From a virus (taxonomy: Duplodnaviria > Caudoviricetes), in the IMG/VR virus record IMGVR_UViG_3300031994_000065, positions 1 through 64,000 of that record: DNA of 64,000 nt; one strand, written 5' to 3'. Shown here piece by piece: positions 1 to 10,365 of the stretch (positions within the stretch are counted from its first letter, which is position 1; each line of letters begins with the position of its first letter). The notes beneath the pieces were generated by a model, which was not told the DNA's origin, made no database searches, and saw only the letters and a program-made list of their open reading frames with translations. The position numbers and the translations under genes were made by a program.

Positions 1-1150
1 GAAGAAAGCGGAAGAGGTTAAGCCAAAGGAAGAGTTAAAACCAGGAGCAATCGCTGATACTTATGTTAACGGAATTAAGCAAGCCAGTATAACCACTTTC
101 AAAGGTGGAGAATACTACAACGATGTTACCAAGGTTTGCCCAGAAATCAAAGCATATATTACCGGAAAAGGCGATATTGCGTCAGTATTCAAAGCAATCG
201 GATTCGATAAAATTCCGTCTGTTGATACTCCGCTCACCGTTGAGCAACAGCAAAAACTTGGATTCCGTGAATTCAACAGAAATCGTACAGTTCAACATTT
301 CTTGGTCGATGTTGATTTTTGGAGAGATGGCAAAACTCCTGTTGAAGTTTGGTGTGAGACTCAGAAACTTGACAACACGCCTCCTCCTCAGCTTGTTAGC
401 GAGAACGAGAAACCGAAAACTGAAGAAAAACCTGGGGCTCCAGCATCGCAACCGGCGAAGGCAAAGACTCCCAAACCCAAGAAAGGTACTTACGAGTATT
501 ACATGGACAAAGCTTCCAAGGCTCCTGAGAAGGGAGATTTCTTCCATCATAGTAGAGGTTATTGGTTGAAGAAAGCGGAAGAGGTTAAGCCAAAGGAAGA
601 GTTAAAACCAGGAGCAATCGCTGATACTTATGTTAACGGAATTAAGCAAGCCAGTATAACCACTTTCAAAGGTGGAGAATACTACAACGATGTCACCAAG
701 GTTTGCCCAGAAATCAAAGCGTACATCACTGGAAAAGGTGATATTGCGTCAGTATTCAAAGCAATCGGATTCGATAAAATTCCGAGTACAGACACGCTTC
801 TCACCGTTGAGCAACAGCAAAAACTTGGATTCCGTGAATTCAACAGAAATCGTACAGTTCAACATTTCTTGGTCGATGTTGATTTTTGGAGAGATGGCAA
901 AACTCCTGTTGAAGTTTGGTGTGAGACTCAGAAACTTGACAACACGCCTCCTCCTCAGCTTGTTAGCGAGAACGAGAAACCGAAAACTGAAGAAAAACCT
1001 GGGGCTCCAGCATCGAAACCGGAGAAGGCAAAGGTTCCCAAACCCAAGAAAGGTACTTACGAGTATTACATGGATAAAGCTTCCAGGGCTGGCGGACCAG
1101 GTTTGTTCAAACATAGCAAGGATTATTGGTTGAAGAAAGCGGAAGAGGTT
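1..1150 (+). repeat. In-frame tandem repeat, period 567 bp (189 aa)
   Basis: gaagaaagcggaagaggttaagcc starts at 1, 568 and 1132; the first two units are nearly identical at DNA level. Confidence 0.95.
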
Positions 1151-3007
1151 AAGCCGAAGGAACTTAAAGATGAAGAAGCTGGTAAATTAGCATCATCTTC
1201 CGACGCTGCGATTAAAGCTGAAATTCTCAGTCGATATGGAATTGACAAACTTACTGAGAATGCAACCCAAGAAGACATCGATGCTGTAGTCAAGAATCTC
1301 AACATCGAGTTCGATGATAAGCTTAACGTCAAAGGAATCAATATCCCTGATGAATTGAAGATAAATGATTTCAATGACCCCGATAAGTACAAGAAACAAT
1401 TCAAACAACTTCAACTCTATTTTGATCTTGGAGGAAAGAACCCTGACGGTAAAACTCTCGATGAATTGATTAAAGAGGAGAAGGAAAAGAAATCACACGA
1501 AAAACCCGGTCATCCCGCTAAGGTTGAAACTTCTAAATCTCAGGAGAAACCTAAGCCGATTGCCGAACCCAAGAAAGAAGTAAAACCGTCTTATACCAAG
1601 ATTCAAAAACCAAGGACTCAGGATAAACCAGGAACCGTAGTAGAAACACCACAATTCGCCACAAAAGAAGACATTCTTAAACGGTACGGTCTTGACAAGT
1701 TACAAGGCGACACTGCAACCCAAGAAGACATCGATGCTGTAGTCAAGAATCTAAACATCGAGTTCGATGAACTTCAAAACGTCAAAGGAATCAACATTCC
1801 GGATGAACTGAAGATTACCGATTATAACGACCCGAATAAGTACAAGAAACAATATTTGCAAATCCAAAAATATCTTGAATTGGGTGGTAAGACTCCCGAA
1901 GGTAAAACTTTGGAAGAACTTATGAAAGAACCGTTAAAGCAGAGCGAGAAACCTGATAAACCGATTAGTGGCAATACTTCACAGATTGGAGAAAAACCTG
2001 GACAACCCGCTGAAAGTCAAGACGGTAAACCCAAAAAGTTCAAGAAAGGTACTTACGAGTATTACATGGACAAAGCTTCCAAGGCTCCTGAGAAGGGAGA
2101 TTTCTTCCATCATAGTAGAGGTTATTGGTTGAAGAAAGCGGAAGAGGTTAAGCCGAACGATGTTGCTCCTCCTAAGAGAATTGTGGATTTAACTACACCT
2201 ACTGTTGTTAAAGGTGTAACGCAAGCAAATATCTCTACGTTCCAAGGAGGCGAGTATTTCAATGATATTGACAAAGTAACCGATGAAGCTAAAGCTTATG
2301 TCAGAGGTGAAGGTTCTCTTGAAGATGTTGCTAAATCAATCGGTTTCGATAAGATTCCGTCTGATGATACTCCGCTCACCGTTGAGCAACAACAAATGCT
2401 CGGATTCCGTGAATATAACCCAATTAGAACATGGGCGCATTATACGACAGATTCTAGTATTTGGAGTAGCGGAAGTGAACCAATGACTTCAGTAGAAAGA
2501 TGGATGAAATACGAGCATGGACTTGATATTACTAAACTTCAACATCAAGTTCCATTAACTCCAGAAACATCACCTGTTAGTAAATCTACAGACATTAAAC
2601 CTCCGACTATAGAAACGCGTGTTAACGAAGAATCTAAAACTGGTTCCGTTTTGAAAGAGATAAAAGAACTCACGGAAAAGAAGGAAGAGACACAAAGTCA
2701 ACAGATGTGGAATCGTATGGTTGAACTGTTGCAAGCAATCGCTAATAATACCTCTGGAATTGATAAAGGATTTGAATCTCTCAGTCAGGCTGGTAGAGAT
2801 ACAAACGCGGTAATCTTTGAACGAGGTGGTAGCACAAAGAATCCGAATGATTATCCTAGACAACCATATCTTGGTCGTCAAAGATGGGATAATGATAGAC
2901 TTTCCGATGAAACACGTCGTTCTATGACTTCACTCGAAAGTAGTCCTGAACACAAACTCCAAGAAAAGATAGCTGCTGGTGGAGAATTTAGACGACGTGC
3001 AGGTTAA
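2..3007 (+). CDS. Large repetitive virion/tail-associated protein, 5'-truncated by the window edge
   Basis: Frame is open from base 2 (KKAEEVKPKEELKPGA...) to TAA at 3007. Built from three kinds of repeated modules separated by K/P/E-rich linkers; sits in a structural gene block. Confidence 0.6.
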   Translation, partial: KKAEEVKPKEELKPGAIADTYVNGIKQASITTFKGGEYYNDVTKVCPEIKAYITGKGDIASVFKAIGFDKIPSVDTPLTVEQQQKLGFREFNRNRTVQHFLVDVDFWRDGKTPVEVWCETQKLDNTPPPQLVSENEKPKTEEKPGAPASQPAKAKTPKPKKGTYEYYMDKASKAPEKGDFFHHSRGYWLKKAEEVKPKEELKPGAIADTYVNGIKQASITTFKGGEYYNDVTKVCPEIKAYITGKGDIASVFKAIGFDKIPSTDTLLTVEQQQKLGFREFNRNRTVQHFLVDVDFWRDGKTPVEVWCETQKLDNTPPPQLVSENEKPKTEEKPGAPASKPEKAKVPKPKKGTYEYYMDKASRAGGPGLFKHSKDYWLKKAEEVKPKELKDEEAGKLASSSDAAIKAEILSRYGIDKLTENATQEDIDAVVKNLNIEFDDKLNVKGINIPDELKINDFNDPDKYKKQFKQLQLYFDLGGKNPDGKTLDELIKEEKEKKSHEKPGHPAKVETSKSQEKPKPIAEPKKEVKPSYTKIQKPRTQDKPGTVVETPQFATKEDILKRYGLDKLQGDTATQEDIDAVVKNLNIEFDELQNVKGINIPDELKITDYNDPNKYKKQYLQIQKYLELGGKTPEGKTLEELMKEPLKQSEKPDKPISGNTSQIGEKPGQPAESQDGKPKKFKKGTYEYYMDKASKAPEKGDFFHHSRGYWLKKAEEVKPNDVAPPKRIVDLTTPTVVKGVTQANISTFQGGEYFNDIDKVTDEAKAYVRGEGSLEDVAKSIGFDKIPSDDTPLTVEQQQMLGFREYNPIRTWAHYTTDSSIWSSGSEPMTSVERWMKYEHGLDITKLQHQVPLTPETSPVSKSTDIKPPTIETRVNEESKTGSVLKEIKELTEKKEETQSQQMWNRMVELLQAIANNTSGIDKGFESLSQAGRDTNAVIFERGGSTKNPNDYPRQPYLGRQRWDNDRLSDETRRSMTSLESSPEHKLQEKIAAGGEFRRRAG

Positions 3008-3016
3008 CGCGAAACT

Positions 3017-3053
3017 AAAGGTAGTGAGTAATTTTTCTACTCACTACCTTTTT
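3017..3053 (+). terminator. Rho-independent terminator
   Basis: aaaggtagtgagta / tactcactaccttt 14-bp stem followed by a T-run, just after the stop at 3007. Confidence 0.85.
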
Positions 3054-3089
3054 AACCGCGTTAATATCGGTTCGAAAATGACTGCTAAT

Positions 3090-3101
3090 GACACACTTCT
3101 A
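3090..3101 (+). promoter_or_regulatory. Late promoter RACA-N6-TA
   Basis: GACA-cacttc-TA directly before the RBS of the 3117 gene. Confidence 0.7.
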
Positions 3102-3116
3102 AAGGAGGTTTGAAAA

Positions 3117-5033
3117 ATGGAAACCAAATTTAAGATAACTACCAGATCAAAGATTAACGCCAGAAGTGGACCAGGAACTACATTTGATTACGTTGGAACG
3201 TGTAAAGCTTGGGAAACCATTGATGTCATTGGTGTAGAGAAGGACGTTTCTGGAGTCAACTGGTATAAGATAAAAGAGGGATGTTACATTTGCAGCAAAT
3301 TTTGTGATGTTGGTGTGTCACATCCGGACGAAAACTCAAAAAAAAGTGCTGGAAAAAAGACAAATAGAATGCGTATTGTGAGCACACAGGACAACAGTAT
3401 TTCTTCTAATCCGCTTGGAGGAATAATTACAAATGCTGGTGGAGGAATAGGTAATGCTCTAGATAATTTCTTGAACCAATCTTTTGGTGCGAGTGAATCG
3501 ACGGAAATGATTATGAAAAGACGAATTTTTGCCACTCCATATCAGTTTCTCGGAACTACCGATATTAAAGGAGATCCTGAATCTCCTAATACTGGAGTTG
3601 GTAGAATGTATACGTCAAATATCTTGAGAGAGGCTCCTATACTTTCTATAATGCCGTGTAAACCAAATTATCTTCCTGGTCTTAGCACAGATCAACAGAC
3701 TCAAATAACCAAAGCCATTTACGATATGGTATCTGAATCAACAACTGATTTGATGAAAGCTTTGGGACAAGAAGTGATTGATGATGTTGAAACAAAATAC
3801 TTCTCTACTGATGTCGATTATGTGGAATATATCAAATATGTCAACTTATTATGTAGAGGAGCAGCGTTGTTTATGGGAATTGGAGAACAGCTTGTTCCTG
3901 GAACTACTATCCCATATAAGGAGTATAATTGGTCAAATTGGACTCTGCCAGATGGACAAACTAAGCGTACAGAAAATGTATTAGAAGGTACAATGGTTGA
4001 TGGATTACCCGGTAGTGAAACTCTCGGAAAAATTGGTGGAGCTATTAAATCAAAGGTTGATGATATTGGGCGAGAATATGATGAAATGAGCGAAGCATTT
4101 AAGAATGGTGATAAAGGTTCTTGGCTAGAAGACCCTCAATTTATGGAAAAGATCAGCACTGCTCGGTATTATGTCGACTTCTACGTTACTCCTTCCACTT
4201 CTTATTCCGAATCTTTCAGTAACCGCACAGAACAATCTGCATTTGCTAATGCTTTGAATAAAGGTTCCGATATGCTAAAGGAGATAGTTTTTGCAATGGG
4301 AGCTAATGCGTTGGATTCTTCCGTTTTAACTGAATCTATGGCTAATATAGCTGGTTCTGTTAGAAAAGATATGGAACGTTTATCTGGGGGTAAAGATAAT
4401 TTGTTTTCTCGTCTTATAATGGACGCTCAAACAATCTTAAGTGGAGCGAATATTATATTCCCTGAAATTTGGCATAGTTCTGAACGCAATCAAAGTTATC
4501 GAGCTGAGATTAAACTTGTTAGTCCTTATGGAACTACTGAAGCTATCTATTTGAATACATTGGTTCCGATGTTTCACATTCTAGCATTCACTCTTCCAAG
4601 ACAGGCGTCTGTGAATGCATATAGTGCTCCTTTCCTGATAAAGGCTCATATCAATAAATGGTTTTCATGTGAGATGGGAATAATTGATTCTTGTGAAATT
4701 CAGAAAGGCGGATGGAATGTTAACGGGTTTCCTTCAGAGATTACGATAAATCTGAGCTTTAAGGACTTATACTCCGCATTACCAATATCTAAGATTGATA
4801 ATTTCAAGTCTGCTTATAAGTTTGCATTGAATCAATCCCTTATGGAATACATGTCTGTATCATGTGGGTTAAACATGAAGACTTCAGAAATGAGAAAGAA
4901 GTACGATATGCTTACATCATTACTTAAAAACATGCCCACAGATTATATTGATTCAACTTACGAGGGAGCCAGACAGGCTGGTATCAATAAGTTAGCAAGT
5001 ATACTTGGTAATTTTGGTGGTGGAAAAGTTTGA
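3117..5033 (+). CDS. Baseplate/tail-tube initiator (T4 gp48/gp54-like fold) with N-terminal SH3b-like domain
   Basis: N-terminus INARSGPGTTFDYVG...WYKI is SH3b-like. C-terminal IIFPEIW...SYRAEIKLVSPYG...PFLIKA...GIIDS...FPSEITINLSFKDLY resembles tube-fold baseplate proteins. Confidence 0.6.
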   Translation: METKFKITTRSKINARSGPGTTFDYVGTCKAWETIDVIGVEKDVSGVNWYKIKEGCYICSKFCDVGVSHPDENSKKSAGKKTNRMRIVSTQDNSISSNPLGGIITNAGGGIGNALDNFLNQSFGASESTEMIMKRRIFATPYQFLGTTDIKGDPESPNTGVGRMYTSNILREAPILSIMPCKPNYLPGLSTDQQTQITKAIYDMVSESTTDLMKALGQEVIDDVETKYFSTDVDYVEYIKYVNLLCRGAALFMGIGEQLVPGTTIPYKEYNWSNWTLPDGQTKRTENVLEGTMVDGLPGSETLGKIGGAIKSKVDDIGREYDEMSEAFKNGDKGSWLEDPQFMEKISTARYYVDFYVTPSTSYSESFSNRTEQSAFANALNKGSDMLKEIVFAMGANALDSSVLTESMANIAGSVRKDMERLSGGKDNLFSRLIMDAQTILSGANIIFPEIWHSSERNQSYRAEIKLVSPYGTTEAIYLNTLVPMFHILAFTLPRQASVNAYSAPFLIKAHINKWFSCEMGIIDSCEIQKGGWNVNGFPSEITINLSFKDLYSALPISKIDNFKSAYKFALNQSLMEYMSVSCGLNMKTSEMRKKYDMLTSLLKNMPTDYIDSTYEGARQAGINKLASILGNFGGGKV

Positions 5034-5707
5034 AAAAGCAAGAAGAATACAATTCTCGTTTTGGAAATATCCCGTCAGAAGAAGATGAACGTGTGAATTA
5101 TCTTTTGAAGTCACTGAATTTCAAGAGAGACGATTTCAGTTTCATAGATAAAATGTATCGTCTGTTAAAGTCGATCTCTTATAACACTTACAAGTTTACA
5201 CTTTATCTAACTCCGGAAGCGTGTCCGAGACCCAGATATTCTAAGAAGTTTCATTCGTTCTATGTGAAGGGCGCTAAAGAAAATCAGCAACTCTTTCGTG
5301 AGATAGTCGATGCTGTTGGTGGATTGCCAACTATTACAACTGCAACGAAGATAAAGATTGTCAGTTTTCTTCCCACTCCGTCATCAATGAATAGGTTTGA
5401 GAAATACTTTGCTGAGTTAGGTTTAGTTCACGCTCTTTCGATCCCAGATTGGGATAATTTGGCTAAAACATACTGCGATATGATACAGAATAACCTTCTA
5501 ATTAACGATAGTTTAATTTGGAGTGGAAAATCTGTGAAGTGTTACTCCATTAAGCCGAGAATTGAGATGGAAGTTAGTTACGCTGAAGCATACGACTGTA
5601 CTTTCAATAGAAAGAGAATACAATCATCTCGGCAATATAACGAATCGATTCAGAATAGATTTGAAACCGAACTCGACACTGTTCTTGAATTGATTAAAAG
5701 GAGGTGA
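5030..5707 (+). CDS. RusA-like Holliday junction resolvase
   Basis: PEACPRPR and PDWDNLAKTYCDMI...DSLI match the RusA PDxDNxxKxxxD signature; TTG start overlaps the upstream stop. Confidence 0.7.
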   Translation: MKKQEEYNSRFGNIPSEEDERVNYLLKSLNFKRDDFSFIDKMYRLLKSISYNTYKFTLYLTPEACPRPRYSKKFHSFYVKGAKENQQLFREIVDAVGGLPTITTATKIKIVSFLPTPSSMNRFEKYFAELGLVHALSIPDWDNLAKTYCDMIQNNLLINDSLIWSGKSVKCYSIKPRIEMEVSYAEAYDCTFNRKRIQSSRQYNESIQNRFETELDTVLELIKRR

Positions 5708-5964
5708 ATTCTGAATTGTATCTGAATGTTTATAATACCTTCTTCGATAAGATATTTGAGATGTTGGAAGAAGAGGGTTGTGAGCCATCTGCGCAGAAGG
5801 ATGAATGGTATATTACGTTTAAGGTAAGTGGCGATAGTCAGTTTGAAGAAGTTAAGGAACGAATCGATAGAATAAGTTTGCAAACATTCGGAAAGACTGA
5901 TAAGCGACGCAGAGTTAGAATCAGGAGATATAAACAAAAATGCACAGTGAACTTTATTTGTTGA
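5704..5964 (+). CDS. Hypothetical protein
   Basis: 86-aa ORF, GTG start overlapping the upstream stop, ends at a terminator. Confidence 0.55.
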   Translation: MNSELYLNVYNTFFDKIFEMLEEEGCEPSAQKDEWYITFKVSGDSQFEEVKERIDRISLQTFGKTDKRRRVRIRRYKQKCTVNFIC

Positions 5965-5966
5965 AA

Positions 5967-6002
5967 ATAGGGTGTACCTGAAATGAATCAGGTACACCCT
6001 AT
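5967..6002. terminator. Bidirectional terminator
   Basis: atagggtgtacctga / tcaggtacaccctat perfect inverted repeat between convergent genes. Confidence 0.8.
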
Positions 6003-6009
6003 GAACGTC

Positions 6010-7437
6010 TTAATCATTTTTAGAGGCGTTGTACATAATCGCACGTTTAATATCGCTTTCAGTTGGAGTAATCAATTTAATGCTGTAGGCGCATTCGAGT
6101 GCGGTAAACATACCAAGTGCTTCAGCAAATGCTTGTTCGAGAACTTCCTCTGAATCGATGTTTGTAGTCGATGTTGAAGCTATTGCAGGTTTAGCACTGT
6201 TTCTCGCAAAGTCAATGTAACTGAGATCTTCGTTTTCGCCTGTAAGGAAAGAGTCATAGATATTCAGAGCAGCAGACGGAATAATTCTACGTTCCGCATT
6301 AGTTTGGTTACGGATTGCTGCCGCACCTGCAATTGCTCCAGCTCCTTCTTTGACCGCACTTTGGTAACAGCGCATTGTAAGGCTTTTGAGCAAAGAACTT
6401 TGAAGTTCAATTCTTCCATTCATTGCCCATTTCTGCATGACACCGAAACGTTGAGCATTTTCTTTGACCTCTTTATCTTTGTCGTCATCTTTATTATCAG
6501 CAGTATCTGAACTATCTTCTTTGTCAGTTTTATCCGGTTTGGCTTCTCCACCATTGGCTTCATCTTTAGTGGCAGTAGCTCCTGAGTCGGCAGCCGCAGC
6601 ACCGGAATCTGATGTCGATGAAGTATCAGCATCACCATTATTGATAGTCCTGGGAAGTTCTTCTGGAATTTCCTGTTTAGCTTTCGCTGATTTTATTTCT
6701 TCCTTCAATGCAGTTTGGAATGCTTGGTCTTTTTCATGAGAAAGTTCTTCGTCTTTAACAACTTCGAGAACTTTATCCTTTACCAACTCGGAAATATCTT
6801 CGACATTCATAGACGAAATGTTCTTATCAATCATTTCTTCATCTTCTGTGTCAATGGACAAATCGAGTTTGGTTTCTTCTACATTAGCAGGATTGGTTTC
6901 TTTCTCAAGTTTAACTTTCTTTTTGGACGCAACTTTCTTACCAGATTCCATACACATATCGTACAGTTTTTTGAGATATTCGGAACCTGTGGCTTGTGCA
7001 GTTTCTTTGAGATATTGTAAACCTCCGAGAGATTTGATGTAGCTATGGCACATATAACGTATACCATTAGAACATTCTTCGACAAGTTCTTTATCCCAAA
7101 TCCCTTTAGGTTTACCAAATTCGTCAGGTGTAGGTCTGAGAGATTCAGTTACGAGTTTAGTGAAATATTCCCTGAAGATAAGTTCTGGGAATAATGTATA
7201 AGCTTCATTTACCAAATTGCGTACCACAAATGGAACGAGGTTGGCTCTTCGATGGAAATCCTTCCGTTCATTTTCCGCATATGAAGCATCTCTAATATCG
7301 TCGTAAAAATTTTCAAACGCTATCGCTTTTTTGATGCGTTGGTGATCTTTGTTTCTTTTAGATACATCAGCAGCATCAGGTCGTCTAATATTAGAGTTAC
7401 CTGTACGGAAGGGAGTAACGAAATGTTTTAAAGCCAT
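6010..7437 (-). CDS. Putative virion structural protein
   Basis: 475 aa with an acidic low-complexity linker; RBS AAGGAGTG and a late promoter upstream. Confidence 0.6.
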   Translation of the reverse strand: MALKHFVTPFRTGNSNIRRPDAADVSKRNKDHQRIKKAIAFENFYDDIRDASYAENERKDFHRRANLVPFVVRNLVNEAYTLFPELIFREYFTKLVTESLRPTPDEFGKPKGIWDKELVEECSNGIRYMCHSYIKSLGGLQYLKETAQATGSEYLKKLYDMCMESGKKVASKKKVKLEKETNPANVEETKLDLSIDTEDEEMIDKNISSMNVEDISELVKDKVLEVVKDEELSHEKDQAFQTALKEEIKSAKAKQEIPEELPRTINNGDADTSSTSDSGAAAADSGATATKDEANGGEAKPDKTDKEDSSDTADNKDDDKDKEVKENAQRFGVMQKWAMNGRIELQSSLLKSLTMRCYQSAVKEGAGAIAGAAAIRNQTNAERRIIPSAALNIYDSFLTGENEDLSYIDFARNSAKPAIASTSTTNIDSEEVLEQAFAEALGMFTALECAYSIKLITPTESDIKRAIMYNASKND

Positions 7438-7460
7438 CTTATATCACTCCTTCATGTTTT

Positions 7461-7472
7461 TACAGCTTTGTC
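7461..7472 (-). promoter_or_regulatory. Late promoter RACA-N6-TA
   Basis: Minus strand GACA-aagctg-TA. Confidence 0.7.
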
Positions 7473-7473
7473 C

Positions 7474-10359
7474 TCAGAGTACGTCTATCTCTATCATTGG
7501 TTCTGACTTACCTTCAGTTATCTTGTAATAGATATTGATATATTCCGGTACATAATCAAGCATCGTATCGTAGTATTCTTGAATATTCTCGTTATTGACA
7601 ATCGGTTCGAGTTTCTGAATTTCCAAAGGATAATCATTGATTCCTTTGAAGATGATATACTCGATTTTATCACGAAAATCGTTCTCTAAACTCCTCATAA
7701 GATTGGAATTGTAATAACTGTTATTACCGAAGTTATCGAATCCATTTCTGAGATAATTCAAGATGTATTCTTTGATGTCTTTTAAGAGATTTTCGATATC
7801 GGTTGTATAGTATGGTTTGATAGCAAATCTAAGACGAACATTGATATTGTCAAGATACACGCGTTTGTCATCGATTTCTTCGAACTCGAATGTCTTATTT
7901 GGATCGACGAATACTTTACCAACTCCATCTTCATCATCTTCGTTTGGATTGATATATGAAGCATTTCTGAGTTCTAAAGCTCCAAGTTCATTTGCGGAGG
8001 CATCAACAGCGTAATGTCTGGATTTTCCATAAGTATTGTAGAACTTGATGTCTATAGAGAAGTTATTCGTGAGCTTATCTATCTCCGCGTTAAGGTATTC
8101 ATATATCGAAGTGATATTGGAGATGAAAGTTTTGAACGTATCTGGATCTTTAACGTAATTCGCTTTAATCATAGGAACCGAAGATACACGATAATTGTAA
8201 TCGCTTTCATCTTTAAGATTGATGAATTGATTGTATGAGAGATTGGATCGAATCATATTAAGCGGTTTAATCAAATCCATCTTATTGGTGTCGCTTGTGT
8301 ATTTATTGGTTAACGTGTATCTTTTCATGATTCCTCTGGAAGAATATTTGTGGTCTTCGTTTTCTTGTGAGTCATATTGGTAGAATGTATACAGGTTCAC
8401 AGTGAGATTGCTACTCGGAATGTATTTTTCATCCAAGTCTTCATTGGTTACTATGTGTTTGACAGAATTAAGAACTCGCATCTTGTTATTTGAACTAACG
8501 AAATCGTCTGTTTTGATTGAACCTTCGAAGATATAATATTGATTAGTAAATCCTTTCAGTTCAAATTCAATATAGCAGGTTTCAGTTCCTTTGTCAGTGA
8601 ATACCATGATTACTCCGATACGATGATGGTCGATATATTGCTTACCATCCCATTCATTGGTAATAACTCGCATGGAACTAGTGACTCTCGTATCATCTTT
8701 GACTTCAGTAACACATGTTTCAAGATCGGTTGTAGTAGGTAACAAATTTATCGTGAACTTATATTCGTTTTCTCCGAGAATTGCATTGCGGTAAACCGAT
8801 AATCCAGAGACCATAAACTGAACAAATGAGTTTTGGTTTATATTCTCGGTATCCATGTGTACTACTTCATCAACTGAATTCAGATACATTCCGACATTAA
8901 CTGGACGAGATGAGAAAATCATCAAAAATGGATTTGTGTAAATGAAATCATCTTCGTATTCATCGAGATCATTGTGTATACTGAGATTATTATCGATTTC
9001 GAGACTTCCTTTGAATATATCGGAGTACCGGTATATTTTGCCGGCTTTAATTACGCACCGATATGTTTCAGGATAGTATTTATCAATTCCGTCCTCATTA
9101 ATCATCAATTCACATGTGTTGGTGGGTAATACAACGTTATTAGCATCTGTCAATAATGTAAACGCGTTAAATAAACGAATCAATGAGTCGTCTCTTCGTT
9201 TCATAAACATAATTCGAGTATTACCAGCATCTACCATTTTCTTGAAGTATAACGCTAAGTCGTTATCGGTTGTATAAGACAAGACTGTTGATTGAGCTGT
9301 CACAACCATATCGCGGAATTCTTCCATAGTTGGAGAATTTTTTCCTCCGCGGCTATCACCCGCACATTGTCCAAAAAGAATCAATCCGTTATTTTCTGCA
9401 TATTTTTGTGCCGTTGTGATGATATTGATATTATCACCGGTGTATGACCTGAAGTTTCCTTTAGCACCATCAGTAGTATAGATGACTACTCTAATAGTAG
9501 AGTTAAATTCTGGCATGAAGAATCTCTCATCGTTAGAGAAAGATATTCTCAGAGTTCCTTCATCCGGCATTGTGTAAAAACAGAACGGGTCAGATTCTTT
9601 CGGAGTATTCTCCATTTTCTTAATCATTTGAACTTCATTTGCTGTAGCACTCGGAGCTTGATAGAATGCTTCAAATCCTGCGACTAAAACATCTTCTCCA
9701 AGATCAAAGTCGAACGAACAGAAATTGATTTTGTCGTTTGAGGTAATTACCTCTTCGTATTCTCTAGATTCCATTTGACGTAATTCAACTAATAACGCAA
9801 CGAAGTTTTCTCTATTATACATCTGAACTTTCGTTCTAATGTATTGATTCTTGATTGTGGAAAATGACAATTTTTCATCCATCATGTATTGAGCTGTATG
9901 GATATAACCATCTTTCGTGTTCTTTGACGTAATCAAAATATCATATTCCAGACTGAATTTCATATCGTCTATAACGAATTGAGTATTCTTATCGATGTGG
10001 AATGTAATCATTCCATTTACGTAAGTGCCATTTTCAAGAATATCTTCTTCGTTCAGAATCACTATAAATGGCATTGAAGCCGCATTCGCGAAATAACTAT
10101 CGAGTTGATATATAGCTGCCATAAGGTACAGCGATTCAATATTCTCTGCAGCGTTAGCAAAGCACTCTTTGAATACAATAGATGTGCTATTGAGTCCATC
10201 TTCTCCAAGTATACTAAGTGTTTCGGTTATGTAACCAAACAGACCTATTTGAGCTATATTGATTTCATCCGCAGCTAAGTATTTCGGAGCGATTTCTGAA
10301 GTAAGAAATTCTTTGATTCTATACAGACTGGTGTAATTCTTAGTAGCCAATTTATTCAC
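7474..10359 (-). CDS. Baseplate wedge protein (T4 gp6-like)
   Basis: 961 aa. N-terminal GLFGYITETLS...ESLYLMAAIY and C-terminal KDIKEYILNYL...YNSNLMRSLE resemble jumbo-phage wedge subunits; located among baseplate genes. Confidence 0.6.
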   Translation of the reverse strand: MNKLATKNYTSLYRIKEFLTSEIAPKYLAADEINIAQIGLFGYITETLSILGEDGLNSTSIVFKECFANAAENIESLYLMAAIYQLDSYFANAASMPFIVILNEEDILENGTYVNGMITFHIDKNTQFVIDDMKFSLEYDILITSKNTKDGYIHTAQYMMDEKLSFSTIKNQYIRTKVQMYNRENFVALLVELRQMESREYEEVITSNDKINFCSFDFDLGEDVLVAGFEAFYQAPSATANEVQMIKKMENTPKESDPFCFYTMPDEGTLRISFSNDERFFMPEFNSTIRVVIYTTDGAKGNFRSYTGDNINIITTAQKYAENNGLILFGQCAGDSRGGKNSPTMEEFRDMVVTAQSTVLSYTTDNDLALYFKKMVDAGNTRIMFMKRRDDSLIRLFNAFTLLTDANNVVLPTNTCELMINEDGIDKYYPETYRCVIKAGKIYRYSDIFKGSLEIDNNLSIHNDLDEYEDDFIYTNPFLMIFSSRPVNVGMYLNSVDEVVHMDTENINQNSFVQFMVSGLSVYRNAILGENEYKFTINLLPTTTDLETCVTEVKDDTRVTSSMRVITNEWDGKQYIDHHRIGVIMVFTDKGTETCYIEFELKGFTNQYYIFEGSIKTDDFVSSNNKMRVLNSVKHIVTNEDLDEKYIPSSNLTVNLYTFYQYDSQENEDHKYSSRGIMKRYTLTNKYTSDTNKMDLIKPLNMIRSNLSYNQFINLKDESDYNYRVSSVPMIKANYVKDPDTFKTFISNITSIYEYLNAEIDKLTNNFSIDIKFYNTYGKSRHYAVDASANELGALELRNASYINPNEDDEDGVGKVFVDPNKTFEFEEIDDKRVYLDNINVRLRFAIKPYYTTDIENLLKDIKEYILNYLRNGFDNFGNNSYYNSNLMRSLENDFRDKIEYIIFKGINDYPLEIQKLEPIVNNENIQEYYDTMLDYVPEYINIYYKITEGKSEPMIEIDVL

Positions 10360-10365
10360 CTGCCT

